Of a stretch of 64,000 bases of DNA, positions 26,193 to 39,521 are shown in pieces. How positions within the stretch are numbered: position 1 is the stretch's first letter; each line of letters opens with the position of its first letter. Under the pieces are notes generated by a model. It saw only the letters and a list, made by a program, of their open reading frames with translations, did not search any database and was not told where the DNA came from. The stretch comes from Octopus sinensis (taxonomy: Eukaryota), in the NCBI RefSeq assembly GCF_006345805.1, contig NC_043021.1, positions 8,804,001 through 8,868,000 of the forward strand. The letters are read 5' to 3'. The translations under genes and the position numbers were made by a program.

Positions 26193-26630
26193 GTATATAT
26201 GTGTGTGTGAGTGTGTGTTTGTGTTATCTACTGCTTCACAACTAGTGTTGATTCGTTTACATCCCTATAACTTAACGGTCCGGCACACGTGACCGACAGA
26301 ATAAATATGATACTTAATAGTAAGTAACCACATGGTTCCGGGTTCAGTCCCACTGCGAGGCACCCTGGGCCTTGGAATGGGACTACTATAGCCTCGGGCC
26401 GACCAAAGCCTTGTATGTGGATTTGGTAAACGGAAACTGAAAGAAGCCCGTCGTATGTGTGTGTTGGTCTGTTTGTTCCCCACCATCACTTGACAACCGT
26501 TGTTGGTGTGTTTATGTCCCTTGACGATTCGGCCAAAGGCCGATAGAATAGGTGCAAAGTCGATTTGTTCGACTAAAGGCGATGCTCCAGCATGGCTGCA
26601 GTCAAATGACTGGAACAAATGAAAGAATAT
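25950..26630 (+). mobile_element. Two tandem diverged family A SINEs (25950-26310; 26322-26630)
   Basis: Both show the family A body and 3' half in the same orientation. Confidence 0.75.
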
Positions 26631-28497
26631 ACACATATTATCCATACTTAGAACAGAAATGCACGAATATATATGCGATACATAAATGCACTCATATATA
26701 TGTGCTCGATATTCCTGGCTGTCGATAGTTTGTGCTCTCTAATTTACAAGTAGTTTTCTATAACGGACGCTTGTTCGATTTGAAACAAACTAGAAATATA
26801 TATTGAACGAAATTGAACGAGAATATTGGTTAGAAGATAATAGGAATATGTGAGCGAAACTAAAAGTAGATTTAGTGTTTTATTAATGCGACACAGCTCT
26901 ACGATACGATAAATATGCAAATATCGACGTATAAGATGGCAATCGATATTGACGGTGACTCGCACTTCAGTGGCTCTCTAAACATGTTTCACTTACGCTA
27001 AATGATAAATGCAAACATAGGTATTGTCTCCAGTTCTGAATAAACCCTTCCAATGTTGGTAAAGATAACAAAAACGGAGCTATGGAAGCAAGAATAGAAT
27101 GAATGATTTACTTAGCTTGAATGATTTCTTTTACGGTTTGTTCGTTAAGAAGAATACTTCTAAATATTACCTGAGAACATTCACAGAAAATTTCAGAGCC
27201 TTTAGATAGATTTCAAATCGCTGTTGTTGTTATTATTGTTTAACCTCAGGTGACACATGTATGAGTAAGCATATAGTGAAAGACGATATCCCCATGACCA
27301 CCATGTTTATAATTTATTAAGGCATGGCGCATCTAGGACTAAATTATGTAATGCGTCAGTCAATGTTGCTGTCTCGTTGCAACCAAACTCAACACTCATT
27401 AATATGTCTTCAATTAAAAATATCCTTCCAGCTGTGGCTATTCTGTCTTTTATTCAGACACAGTGTATCTAGGAGTACATTTTGTAATGTCTCCTAATTA
27501 TTCGAATGCTATTTCTAGCTGGTCGACTAACCGCATTAACTGGTCTTTCATTGGCTAACATTTACAGAAACGGCTTATTTCAGGTAATCGTGTGCAGACA
27601 CATACTCCTTGATTAATTGGACACGTGCAGGCGTGGCTGCGCTTCCGGTTGAGGACTTAGGTCGTTTTTTTTTGCGCTCTACTGTATGTATGTATGTATG
27701 TATGTGGGTAAGGATGTGTGTGTGTGCGTTTGTATCTGTGTATGTATGTGCGTGTGTATATATGTATATGCATATGTGTGTCTGTCTGTCTGTCTACAGA
27801 GTTGTCATTTTTTTTGTTGAAACAACTATTTATTGTCCCCGGCACTAATCCTTCCATTTTTCCCGCCCTTCTCAAGAATTCCCTCAAAGTCCTTGCATAT
27901 TTCCTACAGATTTCAAAGATTCAATAGGAACATTAAGAGCATTAATCTTACCGGTCTAGGAGCGCCTGTAAGGAGTACCGGTCTAGGAGTGCCTGTAAGC
28001 CCTGCAACCATCCCTCTGATCCAACAACTACAAAAGAAGCTCCTTACAGAGCTTTACTTCTTCTTGTACCTATAATTTCTCTTTCCTATCGTGAGATCTT
28101 AAATGACTTTTGATCCCTAAAATACGTTTAAAGAGCTGATCACATATACTGCAGCAATGTTTTACGTCAGCATTGACCCCATTTTTTTCGTTTGTTTCTT
28201 ATGAATATTCAAGTGCCGCTTTAATCCTGCAAGTAAGTTGCAGGTTTATGTTTTTTGACAAACATTGCATTGAAACTGGTCATCCTGAATGAGATTTCAA
28301 TAGTTCATGTATGATTTATCCACATGGACACACTGCTCCGATCTCATATCAGCATGAGATTCGCATACTTACGAGCATCATAGACATTTACAGAAGGAAT
28401 GGGAAACTCATGCAACGCTATAACTATCTATCTATCTATCTGTCTATCTATCTATCTATCTATCTATCGATCGATCTACCTGTGTGTGTGTGTGTGT

Positions 28498-28544
<47 letters not shown>

Positions 28545-28552
<8 letters not shown>

Positions 28553-28716
28553 TGCCCCCACACCATCGCTTGACAACCGATGTTCGGCAGAAGAAACTGA
28601 TCGAATAAGTGCTACGCTTACAAAGAATAAGTCCTGGGGTTGATTTGTTCGACTAAAAGCGGTGCTCCAGCACGGCAGCGGTCAAATGACTGAAACAAAT
28701 ATAAGTATAAAAGAAC
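28545..28716 (+). mobile_element. Family A 3' half after (TATC)n(TG)n
   Basis: CATCGCTTGACAACCGATG...AAATGACTGAAACAAA. Confidence 0.8.
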
Positions 28717-28957
28717 AATACATTACGCAAGAAGCAGAACGGCACTCCAAAGTGTATGACTTCCGGGTGGTTTATTTTGCACAGCAGCGTAATATAAGGT
28801 CCTACATTTTTTCCTTCCTATTTGTTTTAGCAATTTATTCATTGAATGTGATGTAAATCAATCTCTTCGTATAATCACAGTTTATATATCAGTTTCAACG
28901 CAGAACGCTCCGATTCACAATATTCTATTCTGATCTGATATTTCAGTTACCATAAAA

Positions 28958-29081
28958 TACGAGGTCTATGAAAAGTCTTGAGCCTCTAAAAACACAACAT
29001 GATACAATACTTCTAATGAAGGTATAAGACTTTAAGGTTCAAAGGTCTTGCAGGCTCAAAGCTTTTCATACACCTTTCGTA
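28958..29081. mobile_element. 124-bp Tc1/mariner-type MITE
   Basis: TACGAGGTCTATGAAAAGTCTTGAGCCT ... AGGCTCAAAGCTTTTCATACACCTTTCGTA, TA at both ends. Confidence 0.7.
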
Positions 29082-29102
29082 CATTATAATTCGTAACATA
29101 CT

Positions 29103-29549
29103 CTCTTTTACTCTTTTACTTTGTTCAAATGACTGTAGCCATGCTGGAACACCGCCTTTAGTCGAGCAACTCGACCCCAGGACTTATTCTTTGTAAGCCT
29201 AGTACTTATTCTATCGGCCTCTTTTGCCAAACCGCTAAGTTTCGGGGACGTAAACACACCAGCATCGGTTGTCAAAGGATGTTGGGAGGACAAACACAGA
29301 CACACAAGCATGTACACATACATACATACATAATACATACATACATACATACATACATACATACATACATACATACGACGAGCTTCTTTCAGTTTCCGTC
29401 TACCAAATCCACTCACAAGGCTTTAGTCAGCCTGAGGCTATAGTAGAAGACACTTGCCCAAGGTGCCCAAGGTGCCGCGCAGTGGGACTGAACCCGGAAC
29501 CATGTGGTTCGTAAGCAAGCTACCTACCACACAGCCACTCTTACGCCTT
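29103..29549 (-). mobile_element. SINE family A, full length
   Basis: Reverse complement of family A, internal (TACA)n, small CCCAAGGTG duplication. Confidence 0.9.
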
Positions 29550-29716
29550 TAGTACAAAGCCACAATTTCTTTTCTCATTTTCAATCGGAAGGAAGTAACA
29601 CCCGAAGGCATGGACTCACAAGACAATTGCCAAGGGGCCTCACAAGGTTTGGGGCCAAATTCCGATCTACGTATGCTGTAGCTTGGTGTCAGTTTATAAA
29701 TACTATAAGGTCGGGT

Positions 29717-30099
29717 GGAGGCGCAATGGCCCAGTGGTTAGGGCAGCGGACTCGCGGTCATAGGATCGCGGTTTCGATTCCCAGGCCGGGCGTTATGAGT
29801 GTTTATTGAGCGAAAACACCTAAAAGCTCCACGAGACTCCGGCAGGGGATGGTGGTGATCCCTGCTGTACTCTTTCACCACAACTTTCTCTCACTCTTAC
29901 TTCCTGTTTCTGTTGTACCTGTATTTCAAAGGGCCGGCCTTGTCACTCACTGTGTCACGCTGAATATCCCCGAGAACTACGTTAAGGGTGCACGTGTCTG
30001 TGGAGTGCTCAGCCACTTACACGTTAATTTCACGAGCAGGCAGTTCCTTTTATTCGGATCAACCGGAATCCTCATCGGTGTAACCGACGGAGTGCTTCC
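29717..30099 (+). mobile_element. SINE family C with 13-bp TSD
   Basis: TACTATAAGGTCG at 29701-29713 and 30106-30118. Confidence 0.92.
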
Positions 30100-30392
30100 T
30101 TCCTTACTATAAGGTCGAAGCCACTGCATTGATTGGCTCAGAGGCCTATAATCTTGCTTAAATGCCCCGAGGAGGGGCACAAGAAATATAGTTGATTAAA
30201 TCAAGCCACTCTTATTTAGCACTTTGGTACAGATTTTATCAACCTTGAAATGATGAATGTACCAGGGAGGTATGAAATATATTCATTCTTTTAGGTTCCC
30301 CTTTTTAAAAATATTATCGTTTACGGTAAAGATAAATCAATATTTTAAACACATTATGCTGATGTCAAAATGTTTGTCATTCAGCTCAGCTC

Positions 30393-30423
<31 letters not shown>

Positions 30424-30677
30424 AGGAGAGAAACAGTGAGCCAGACAGACAGACAGAGAGTTAGAGAAAGAGAGAACTTGAAGATGTTGGAGAACGTCCT
30501 TGTTAATGGCCGTCTCCATTTCTTTGAAGACGTTAGATGTGACATTAAAAGATTGATAACTGGCCAAGTCAGATGGTTACTTTTGTGGGGGAATGAGAAT
30601 ACATAAAGCACTCTGAGGCATGCATACGTAGGTGTATATGCGTATGCAAAAATGTATACATACATAAATATACATCT

Positions 30678-31099
30678 ATACGTAGGAGTGGCTGTGTGGT
30701 AAGTTCTTGCTTACGAATCACGTGGTTCCAGGTTCAGTCCCACTGCGTGACACCTTGGGCAAATGTCTTCTACTATAGCCTCGGGCCGACCAAAGCCTTG
30801 TGAGTGGATTTGGTAGACGGAAACTGAAAGAAGCCCATCGTATATATGTATATATTTATGTATATATGTGTGTGTATATGTTTGTGTGTCTGTGTTTGTC
30901 CCCCTCCCCACACCCAACATCTCTTGACAACCGATGCTGGTGTTTTACGTCCCCGTAGCCTAGCGGTTCGGCAAAAGAGACCGATAGAATAAGTACTAGG
31001 CTTGCAAAGAATAAGTCCTGGGGTCGATTTGCTCGACTAAAGGGTGGTGCTCCAGCACGGCCACAGGCACATGACTGAAAGAAGTAAAAGAATAAAGAG
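30678..31099 (+). mobile_element. SINE family A
   Basis: Head, body, short microsatellite, 3' half. Confidence 0.9.
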
Positions 31100-31170
31100 G
31101 GTATGTATGTCTTTTAATGCAATACATTTACTGGTATGTTAATGCATATGAATAAATGGGAACGCTTATG

Positions 31171-31234
<64 letters not shown>

Positions 31235-31699
31235 TGTGATGTGTTAAGTGAAAAGACAGTAAATATTGTGACCGGAGCTGAACAATAGCCATTTGAATAT
31301 CAATTAGGATAAATTAATTAAACAGAATGTTATGTGACAAATCTTCAATTACACAGCTGACACACTCCGGTAGTTTGGTCAATCGGAATGGGTTTCACGA
31401 TGTAATTAAAGTACTGCAATACTAACACACTGCTATACAATACATACTGTGTTAACATAGCAGTGATAAGAGAAAAGAAATCATAGATCAAAAATAAATT
31501 GCAGTTTATTGATTTGGGGGGAGAAGAGTGAAAAAAAACCCCACACAAGGTTTCGAATATCAGCTTTGCTTCAGAAGGAAGAAATATACGTTGGAAGGTG
31601 TTTATTGTAATCATAACGGAACGGAGGCTTTTAGATAACCACAAGTGGCCGTTAATATTGACTTCAAATGTTGACACAAGGCCAGCAATTTGGGAGGAG

Positions 31700-32085
31700 A
31701 AGGAGGAGATAAGTCGATAACATTGACCCCCCAACACTCAACTGGTACTTATTTCATCGGTCCCGAAAGAATGAAAGGACCTCGGCTGAATTTGAACACA
31801 AAACGTGAAGGCGGACGAAATACCTATTTCTTTATTGCCCACAAGAGGCTAAACATAGAGGGGACAAACAAGGACAGACACAGGTATTAAGTCGATTACA
31901 TCGACTCCAGTGTGTAACTGGTACTCAATTTATCGACCCCGAAAGGATGAAAGGCAAAGTCGACCTCGGCGGAATTTGAACTCAGAACGTAACGACAGAC
32001 GAAATTTGGCTACGCATTTCGCCCGGCGTGCTAACGTTTCTGCCAGCTTGCCGCAAAATACCGCTAAGCGTGCTAATGACGTTAA
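31700..32085 (-). mobile_element. SINE B (31824-32054) inserted inside an older related SINE (G)
   Basis: G core ...GACGAAATAC|CTATTTC...TTGCCGC|AAAATACCGCTAAGC: old head remnant continues after a 6-bp AAATAC duplication. Confidence 0.75.
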
Positions 32086-32419
32086 TAATATTGGGGTTGG
32101 CGGGTGGGGGGAGTCAATAAAATAAGTACCCGTCGAATACTGAGGTCAGTGATATCGACTTATCCCCCACCCCTACAAATTTCTGGCATTGTGCCAAAAT
32201 TTGAAACCAGTGTTAGACAGAGATTAATGACGGTAGTTTTGATAACCGTAACCGTTTGAGAATTTTATATGCGACTATAACGACAGGCATTCATTATATA
32301 GTCTGACTCACGGTCGTTACGAGGTGGACATATGAGCCAGCCATACTGATTGCACAAAATATTGTACTCAATACAACAAAGTGAAGAAGTACAATGTGGA
32401 TATATCTGTAACGCGGTAT

Positions 32420-32801
32420 GGTGGAAGCACTCCGTCGGTTACGGCGACGAGGGTTCCGGTTGATCCGATCAACGGAACAGCCTGCTCGTGAAATTAACGT
32501 GTAAGTGGCTGAGCACTCCACAGACACGTGTACCCTTAACGTAGTTCTCGGGGACATTCAGCGTGACACAGAGAGTGACAATGCCGGCCCTTTGAAATAC
32601 AGGTACAACAGAAACAGGAAGTAAGAGTGAGAGAAAGTTGTGGTGAAAGAGTACAGCAGGGATCACCACCATCCCTGCCGGAGCCTCATGGAGCTTTAGG
32701 TGTTTTCGCTCAATAAACACTCACAACGCCCGGTCTGGGAATCGAAACCGCGATCCTACGACCGCGAGTCCGCTGCCCTAACCACTGGGCCATTGCGCCT
32801 C
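32420..32801 (-). mobile_element. SINE family C with 14-bp TSD
   Basis: CTGTAACGCGGTAT at 32406-32419 and 32802-32815. Confidence 0.93.
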
Positions 32802-32965
32802 CTGTAACGCGGTATACAGTTCACCTCAATATAAGGTAAAAATGAAGATACACTTCACCTCTATATAAACATAGGATCAATGTGTAATAAATGAATATTC
32901 CATTAGTGTACAGTACTCAATAACTAGAATTTTCCATAGTTTCTTAGCAAATACTTTTGAAGACA

Positions 32966-33015
<50 letters not shown>

Positions 33016-33016
<1 letters not shown>

Positions 33017-33222
33017 TTCCACGGATAAACCTTATCTGTTTCCCCCTTTACACTTTACATCATGACATTTCTGTAATACACGATCCCTATTCATCGTTTT
33101 TTTTTTACGATCCCTTTTGATCGAAAGCCAACCCCCACCATTTTTTTCTTCCCAAAAAGAAAAGCTCTACTTTGTAACTTGTCCCTCCTGTGTTCAGCCT
33201 TGTGTGGCTAATAAAGAATCAT
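33016..33222 (+). mobile_element. Element H (LINE 3' UTR-like) embedded in (TATC)n
   Basis: Homologous to 42666-42858; ends GTCCCTCCTGTGTTCAGCCTTGTGTGGCTAATAAAGAA; (TATC)n both sides. Confidence 0.65.
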
Positions 33223-33239
33223 ATCTATCTAGTTTTCTG

Positions 33240-33295
<56 letters not shown>

Positions 33296-33313
33296 CATAT
33301 CTATTTATTTGCC

Positions 33314-33372
<59 letters not shown>

Positions 33373-34353
33373 ACTGATTTATTGAATAAATCAAGAAAGA
33401 GTGTGAACCAACTTCTCTTACGCAGGACAATTTTGCTTTCGTTTTCGCAAATTTCAATGCTTCAATCGACACCAACAGTGAAGAAAGCCTGATCGATTCT
33501 TGCCCAAGGGTCAACTGCTTTTTTTTCTTTTTCATTGCGGTGTTACTCCAATTAACATCACTCAGTCATAAAATGATGGTTCCTGTGGGAACCGGCTGAC
33601 GATGATGGGCCGCCTCTCACACTCTTTTTCCTATTTCTTCCTCTCTTTAACTTTTTCTCTCTCTTGACATATATGTTGGGTGGGGAGGGAAACTATATTA
33701 CCATGTTTTAGATATGCAATTATGTTCAAAAGAGACCTATTTTTTTCTTTAGTTCTTGTTGATTTCATTTATAGAAACTGCACATATACATGCGCGCGCA
33801 TGCGTACGTACGTGTGTGTGTATGTGTGTGTGCAAACGCGCGTGTCATGTAACAATTCTCGACCATTTCCGGTTGGATAGAATATTGAAAAGTCTGAGAG
33901 CAGCATCATTCCCTTGAGATTATGAGCAAGTGGAAATATTTGTAAGGTTTTAGCATTTCTCAAAGAAAAAACAAACTATAGATTAATAACAATAACAAAT
34001 AAATATCCATAATTCTGTAAGAATTTGGCAGAAATAATTGGAGCGTATCAAAAAACGAATTAATCTTTATTGATTAAAAAATAATTATAATTTTTTTCTT
34101 TTTTCCAGTTTCTTCCTCATTGAATTCTCGTCGTACTGGAAAATATAAATTAAAGTAGTTCAATCTAAAACATTGATGGTACAGGAAATAGTTTTCTATT
34201 TGAAATATATTCTGAGAAAACCGACACAAGTGTAGCAGACACAAGCGGTTTCGCCCAGTAAATTAGGAGAACACCATTTCATGACTTCAAACTATGTTTC
34301 TACGTTTCATATTTCTGAATTTCCAAACCCCTTGTGGTTTAAGGAGTTTGAGA

Positions 34354-35087
34354 AATAATCGTTTCTACTATTGGTACAAGGTCTAACATTTGGGGGAGGT
34401 GTCTAGTCTATTACATCGACCCCAGCTCATGACTGGTACTTATTTCATCGACCCCGAAAGGACGAAAGCAAAGTCACCTCGGCGGAATTTGATCTCACAA
34501 CGTAGTGACAGACGAAATGCTTTTTTTTCTTTTTTTCTATTCTAGGCACAAGGACTGAAATTTTGGGGAAGGGAGCCAGTCGATTAGATCGACCCAGTAC
34601 GCAACTGGTACTTCGCTTATAGACCCCGAAAGGATGAAAGGCAAAGTCGACCTCGGCGGAATTTGAGCTCAGAACGTACAGACAGACGAAATACCTATTT
34701 CTTTACTACCCACGAGTGACAAAGAAGGACAGACAAACGGATTAAGTCGATTATATAGACCCCAGTGCGAAACTTATTTAATCTACCCCGAAAGGATGAA
34801 AGGCAAAGACGACCTCGGCAGAATTTGAACTCAGAACGTAAAGACAGATGAAATACCTATTTCTTTACTACCCACAAGGGGCTAAACACAGAGGGGACAA
34901 ACAAGAACAGACAAACAAATTAAGTTTATTATGTCGACCCCAGTGCGTAACTGGTACTAAATTTATGGACCCCGAAAGGATGAAAGGCAAAGTCGACCTC
35001 GGCGGAATTTGAACTCAGAACGTAACGGCAGGCGAAATACGGCCACGCATTTCGCCCGGCGTGCTAACGTTTCTGCCAGCTCGCCGC
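34354..35087 (-). mobile_element. Head-to-tail array of four G/B SINE units
   Basis: Repeated cores; junctions GA(C/T)GAAATACCTATTTC near 34690 and 34852. Confidence 0.85.
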
Positions 35088-35994
35088 TTTGGTTTTTAGC
35101 AGTAATGACAAGTAAAAGACTTTTGGAAGTCAACTCTAGTCCTAATCCTGTCTATGATGTATTGTATCAGGTGGAGGCTGTGGATGAATCTATTCGGAAT
35201 TGCACGCTTGCGTTTTCCGGACCAGACCAGGCCAGACCAGACCAGACCAGACCAGACCAGAAATGAGAACCTTTTACCTAATGCCTTGGCTAAAATCTTC
35301 AACATTATATTTAGTTGAGTTATGGGCTAAAAATTGTGTACGATGTCCCCTTTCCGGCATCCTTTCTCTGATACATCATCATTCCCCGTTATCACTAGAA
35401 ATGTTTTTCCGTTCTGCTGCCTGTTACGGCAGACATCTTCCAAGAGGTCGCCAAACAAGTTAATTCAAAACATATTCCATACCATTAACAGAAAAATCTA
35501 TAGAAATGAAAGTTTATTAATTTGCCAAATTATAAACAGGCTTCAAGCCAAGATATTCACGAAGGAATATCACCAAGCTGTTCAAAGTCTCCAGCCTAAA
35601 AAAAAATACGGTAGACATCTTAATAAAGATACTTGCATCACTTAGAGGCAACAGAAAATTCCAACCTAAAATAAGCCAAACGACTCAGTCTTCTTTTTGA
35701 ATATCCGCCGTTTGTTCACAGAAATTTACCCAGCAATTTAGCAAAAGAGTATTTACAGTTTTTTTTTTTTTACAACGGAACACCTTTCTGTGTATGAGTG
35801 TGTTTGTGTGTAAAACAATGCTGCGGTGTGCAGTGTTTCAAAGAAACCTGAATAAGAGAAAGAAAAGGAGACAGAGAGAGAGAGAGAGATAAAGAGAGAA
35901 AGAAAGAAGAAAGAAACAAGCAAACAAACAAAGAAAAAGAACATAATGGGCATAAGAGCGGGAGAGAAGTGCATGAATCTGTGTGCGTTTGTGT

Positions 35995-36049
<55 letters not shown>

Positions 36050-36317
36050 GGAGAGATCAGGAATGAAATAGCATGCACGTGAATAAGAATAGGAGAGAAC
36101 GTATGTGTGTAAGCGTGAAAGAGAGAGAGAGAGGGGGAGGAGAAGTAAGCTTGAGTGAAAGGAAGAGATCTTGAGTCTATGCGATGACTGCCTTTTGGTT
36201 TCAAACCAGAAAAGCTTCATGTTGACATAGCATTTATACGTTTATCACATACTAATATATCGGGTTTGTTTATCGCATAACGCTGCCAAACGTGGCAGAT
36301 AGTAAAGATATTATATA

Positions 36318-36687
36318 TCTCTATATATAAACGGCAGTTTGTCTCTGTGTGTTTCTGTGTGTCTGTTAGGTTGTACCCTCACCCTGACCACGGCTTTCAA
36401 CCGATTCTGATGAAACTTGACACACACATAGCCCAATGTCATAATTCAAAACTAACGCAGCGAAAATTTTGAAAAGTTCCCCCAGTTCTGAAAAAAATCG
36501 ATAAATTCGACATGGGGTCGAGAATCAGAAACACAAACCACAGACTGTCTAGGGGACGCAACTCGACCTTTTTAACTAAAAAAAAAATTTACCATAATTT
36601 TTTTTCCATTTTTTGGCTATAACTCTCTAAAAATGCTTTATAGTTATTTCCCTTACAAACCCGAGCAACGCCGGGCGATACTGCTAG
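36318..36687 (+). mobile_element. Non-autonomous Helitron
   Basis: A|TCTCTATATATAAA 5' end; 3' hairpin CCCGAGCAACGCCGGG then CTAG|T; inserted at AT. Confidence 0.85.
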
Positions 36688-36714
36688 TACAAGATAAATA
36701 TATCACAACATATA

Positions 36715-37287
36715 TATTGGGTTGTCCGGAAAGTTCGTGCCTATTTTTTTGAAGGGAAAGAAAAAGGTCAATAAATACTTGCCATTGCACTTTTAATCAA
36801 GCAAATATGAACCATTTCGTTGCACAATGCGTCTCCATCTTTCCTTTAACTTGAAAATACCCTCTTCCCAGAATTGAGGTGGTTTCATGGCAAAGAATTC
36901 GTCAAGGTATCTTTTTATGTCATCCAAGGAATTGAAATTTTTACCATTAAAACTATTCTGCAGAGACCTGAATAAGTGGAAATCCGAAGGAGCAATATCT
37001 GGTGAATATGGAGGGTGGGGTAACACATCCCAACCGAGCTGCAGCAATTTTTGTCTGGTTCCCAAAACATCAAGTGCCGTAAATGAACTTTCTTATCTTC
37101 CATTTTAAAGGGTTACAGAATTAACACAGATTATAAGAACATCAACCTTCTTCCACGAAAAGATAGCTTAAACTGTGCTCTGAATGGAGGTGTAGTCAAA
37201 TCCTATTTTATGGACTCAACCATGTTCTAAAATAAGTCGAAATGTAAGCTACTATAAAACGGCACGAACTTTCCGGACAACCCAGTA
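36715..37287 (-). mobile_element. Internally deleted mariner element (copy 2)
   Basis: TIRs ATTGGGTTGTCCGGAAAGTTCGTGCC; N-terminus MEDKKVHLRHLM joined to C-terminus ...HPPYSPDIAPSDFHLFRSLQNS... Confidence 0.93.
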
Positions 37288-37914
37288 CATACCATGTGTA
37301 TACAAGATTGAATACCAACCGTCACACAATGCAGATAACATACATACATACTTTCACACAGTGCAAGTGGCAGTTTTATTATTGATATAAACAACAAACT
37401 TATCGCACCGTATGCATAAAATATGTTTATACGACTTCATTCATATCTCATATTAATCTCTATCATACATCGCAGGCAGCAAGGATTTTATATAAACGGC
37501 AGATGTATTACATCGTGTATATGTTTATATAATAATTTATATCCCATAATACTGTCATACAGTGCAAATAGCAGCGATATCATACAAACAGAATCTTTAT
37601 CATACTATGTATATGTATTTGCGTATGTATATGCGCCTGTGTGCATGTGTATATATGTGTGTGTGTGCAGACATGTATGTGTCTATATATGATATAGGTA
37701 TTATATATGTGTATGTGTGTGTATGGACACGTGCGCACGTGCGTATCTGTGTGTGTCTGTGTATGTATGTATGTATGTATGTATTTAATAGATTTATGAA
37801 ACATGGTTGGTAGATTAGTTTATAGAAGCTTAATGACTGATTTACTTCTCAATTTAGGTAAACAATTAGTCAACATATACTGGATATATATACATGTATA
37901 TATATATAGTTAAT

Positions 37915-38120
37915 CCAAACATGAAAACATGAAGAAAAAACACAACACTGCGAGGACGTGGAATAAGTATAGTGTTATTGGACGCTCAGTAAAGGAAAGA
38001 AAGAAGGAGGATTTAACGTTTCGAGCGGAGCTCTTCGTCAGAAACACAGGAAAAGGAAAGATCCAAGGAAGGGAAGACGGAGGAAAAAAATCGCCAACGG
38101 TACACACGCGGTCACATTTT
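37915..38120 (-). mobile_element. Penelope pLTR-like repeat P1 with intact minimal hammerhead motif
   Basis: Minus 38045-38011: GTTT-CTGACGA-A-GAGC-TCC-GCTC-GAAACGTT-AAAT. Confidence 0.7.
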
Positions 38121-38344
38121 GAATGTACAAACCATTCAAACGATGTCATAGAATATACACGTCGCAATAGAAATATAATATATATATACATCACACTTTA
38201 AAAAGTTATATACTCTTTTCTACTCTAGGTACAAGGCCCGAAATTTTGAGGGAATGGGGTGGCCAGTCAATTAGATCGACCTCAGTACGCGACTGGTACT
38301 TAATTTATCGACTCGGAATGGATGCAATATATATTTATATATAT

Positions 38345-38500
38345 ATATATAAAGGGAAAGTTTACGAAAATAAACAAAAGACGAGGGCAGGTGGAGTACA
38401 AGCAAACAAATGTATTAGTATAGCGCTCAGGAATAGAAAAAGTCTTTTACGTTTCGAGCCTACGCTCTTCGACAGAAAGATACACAGAAAAAAACAAGGA
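38345..38500 (-). mobile_element. Penelope pLTR-like repeat P2 with hammerhead-like motif
   Basis: Minus 38480-38443: TCTTT-CTGTCGA-A-GAGC-GTAG-GCTC-GAAACGTA-AAAGA; homologous to 48590-48790. Confidence 0.65.
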
Positions 38501-38752
38501 GAGAAAAAAGGAGAGATATGCATATATACATACATATATGTACATACCTACATATATATGTATATATACATGCATATATAGGTACAGGATATAAAAAAAA
38601 AACGTTGAACACAGCGAGAAACGAAAAGATAAAAACAAAAACATGGAAACGAACTTTTTTTTCAAACAACGACAAAACAGATTACAAGATATACAACACA
38701 AGGAATATTCCCCTTCTTCAGTTGTCCCTGTTTCGTCTACTACGCGTTTCGA

Positions 38753-38841
<89 letters not shown>

Positions 38842-39466
38842 TATAGATAGATAGATATATGTATGTATATAAAGTGTGTTTGTGTCTATACATGCATGCA
38901 TATATGTGAAGGTATGAGTACGTGTGCATAACAGCAAGAAAAATAAACAAGAAAGCAAAATATTTCAAGCGTACAATAAATAATTTGGTTGCAGGCTTGA
39001 CCTGAGTAAAATAAATTAATTCATACATCGATGGCCGTCCCCAAAAATCGTATTAGATACTGAATAACTAAAACAGGAAGTGCTATTTTTTTTTCGTTCA
39101 CAATGACTTGCAAATTATTCCCATTCTAGAAATGCGTTATTCACCGAGATATTTTTATTAATATATATTACCATATATCTACACCCAAATTTCTCTGTTG
39201 TGTACGGTTAGAACACTCTACAAACCAGTTAAATTGCTGTCGTTTTGATTTAACATTGCTTTTTACACCTCTTTCCTAGAGCATATTACAGGCGTTGCGA
39301 CTGAGGTGAAGCAATATACGCGACGCAGCAAAACGAGAAGGCGCGCATAGCAAACTTGTGTGTGCAGCGTACTGCGAAGAGAGGCTGGTTAAACTACTCT
39401 TAAAATATATTGCAAACATATTGAAACCAAAAGCCAAAATTCTGAGCGGGACAACCGATAATAATA

Positions 39467-39521
<55 letters not shown>

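Noticed and set aside
25950-26630. Internal inversion within a family A SINE
   Set aside because: On inspection both pieces are plus-strand tandem copies
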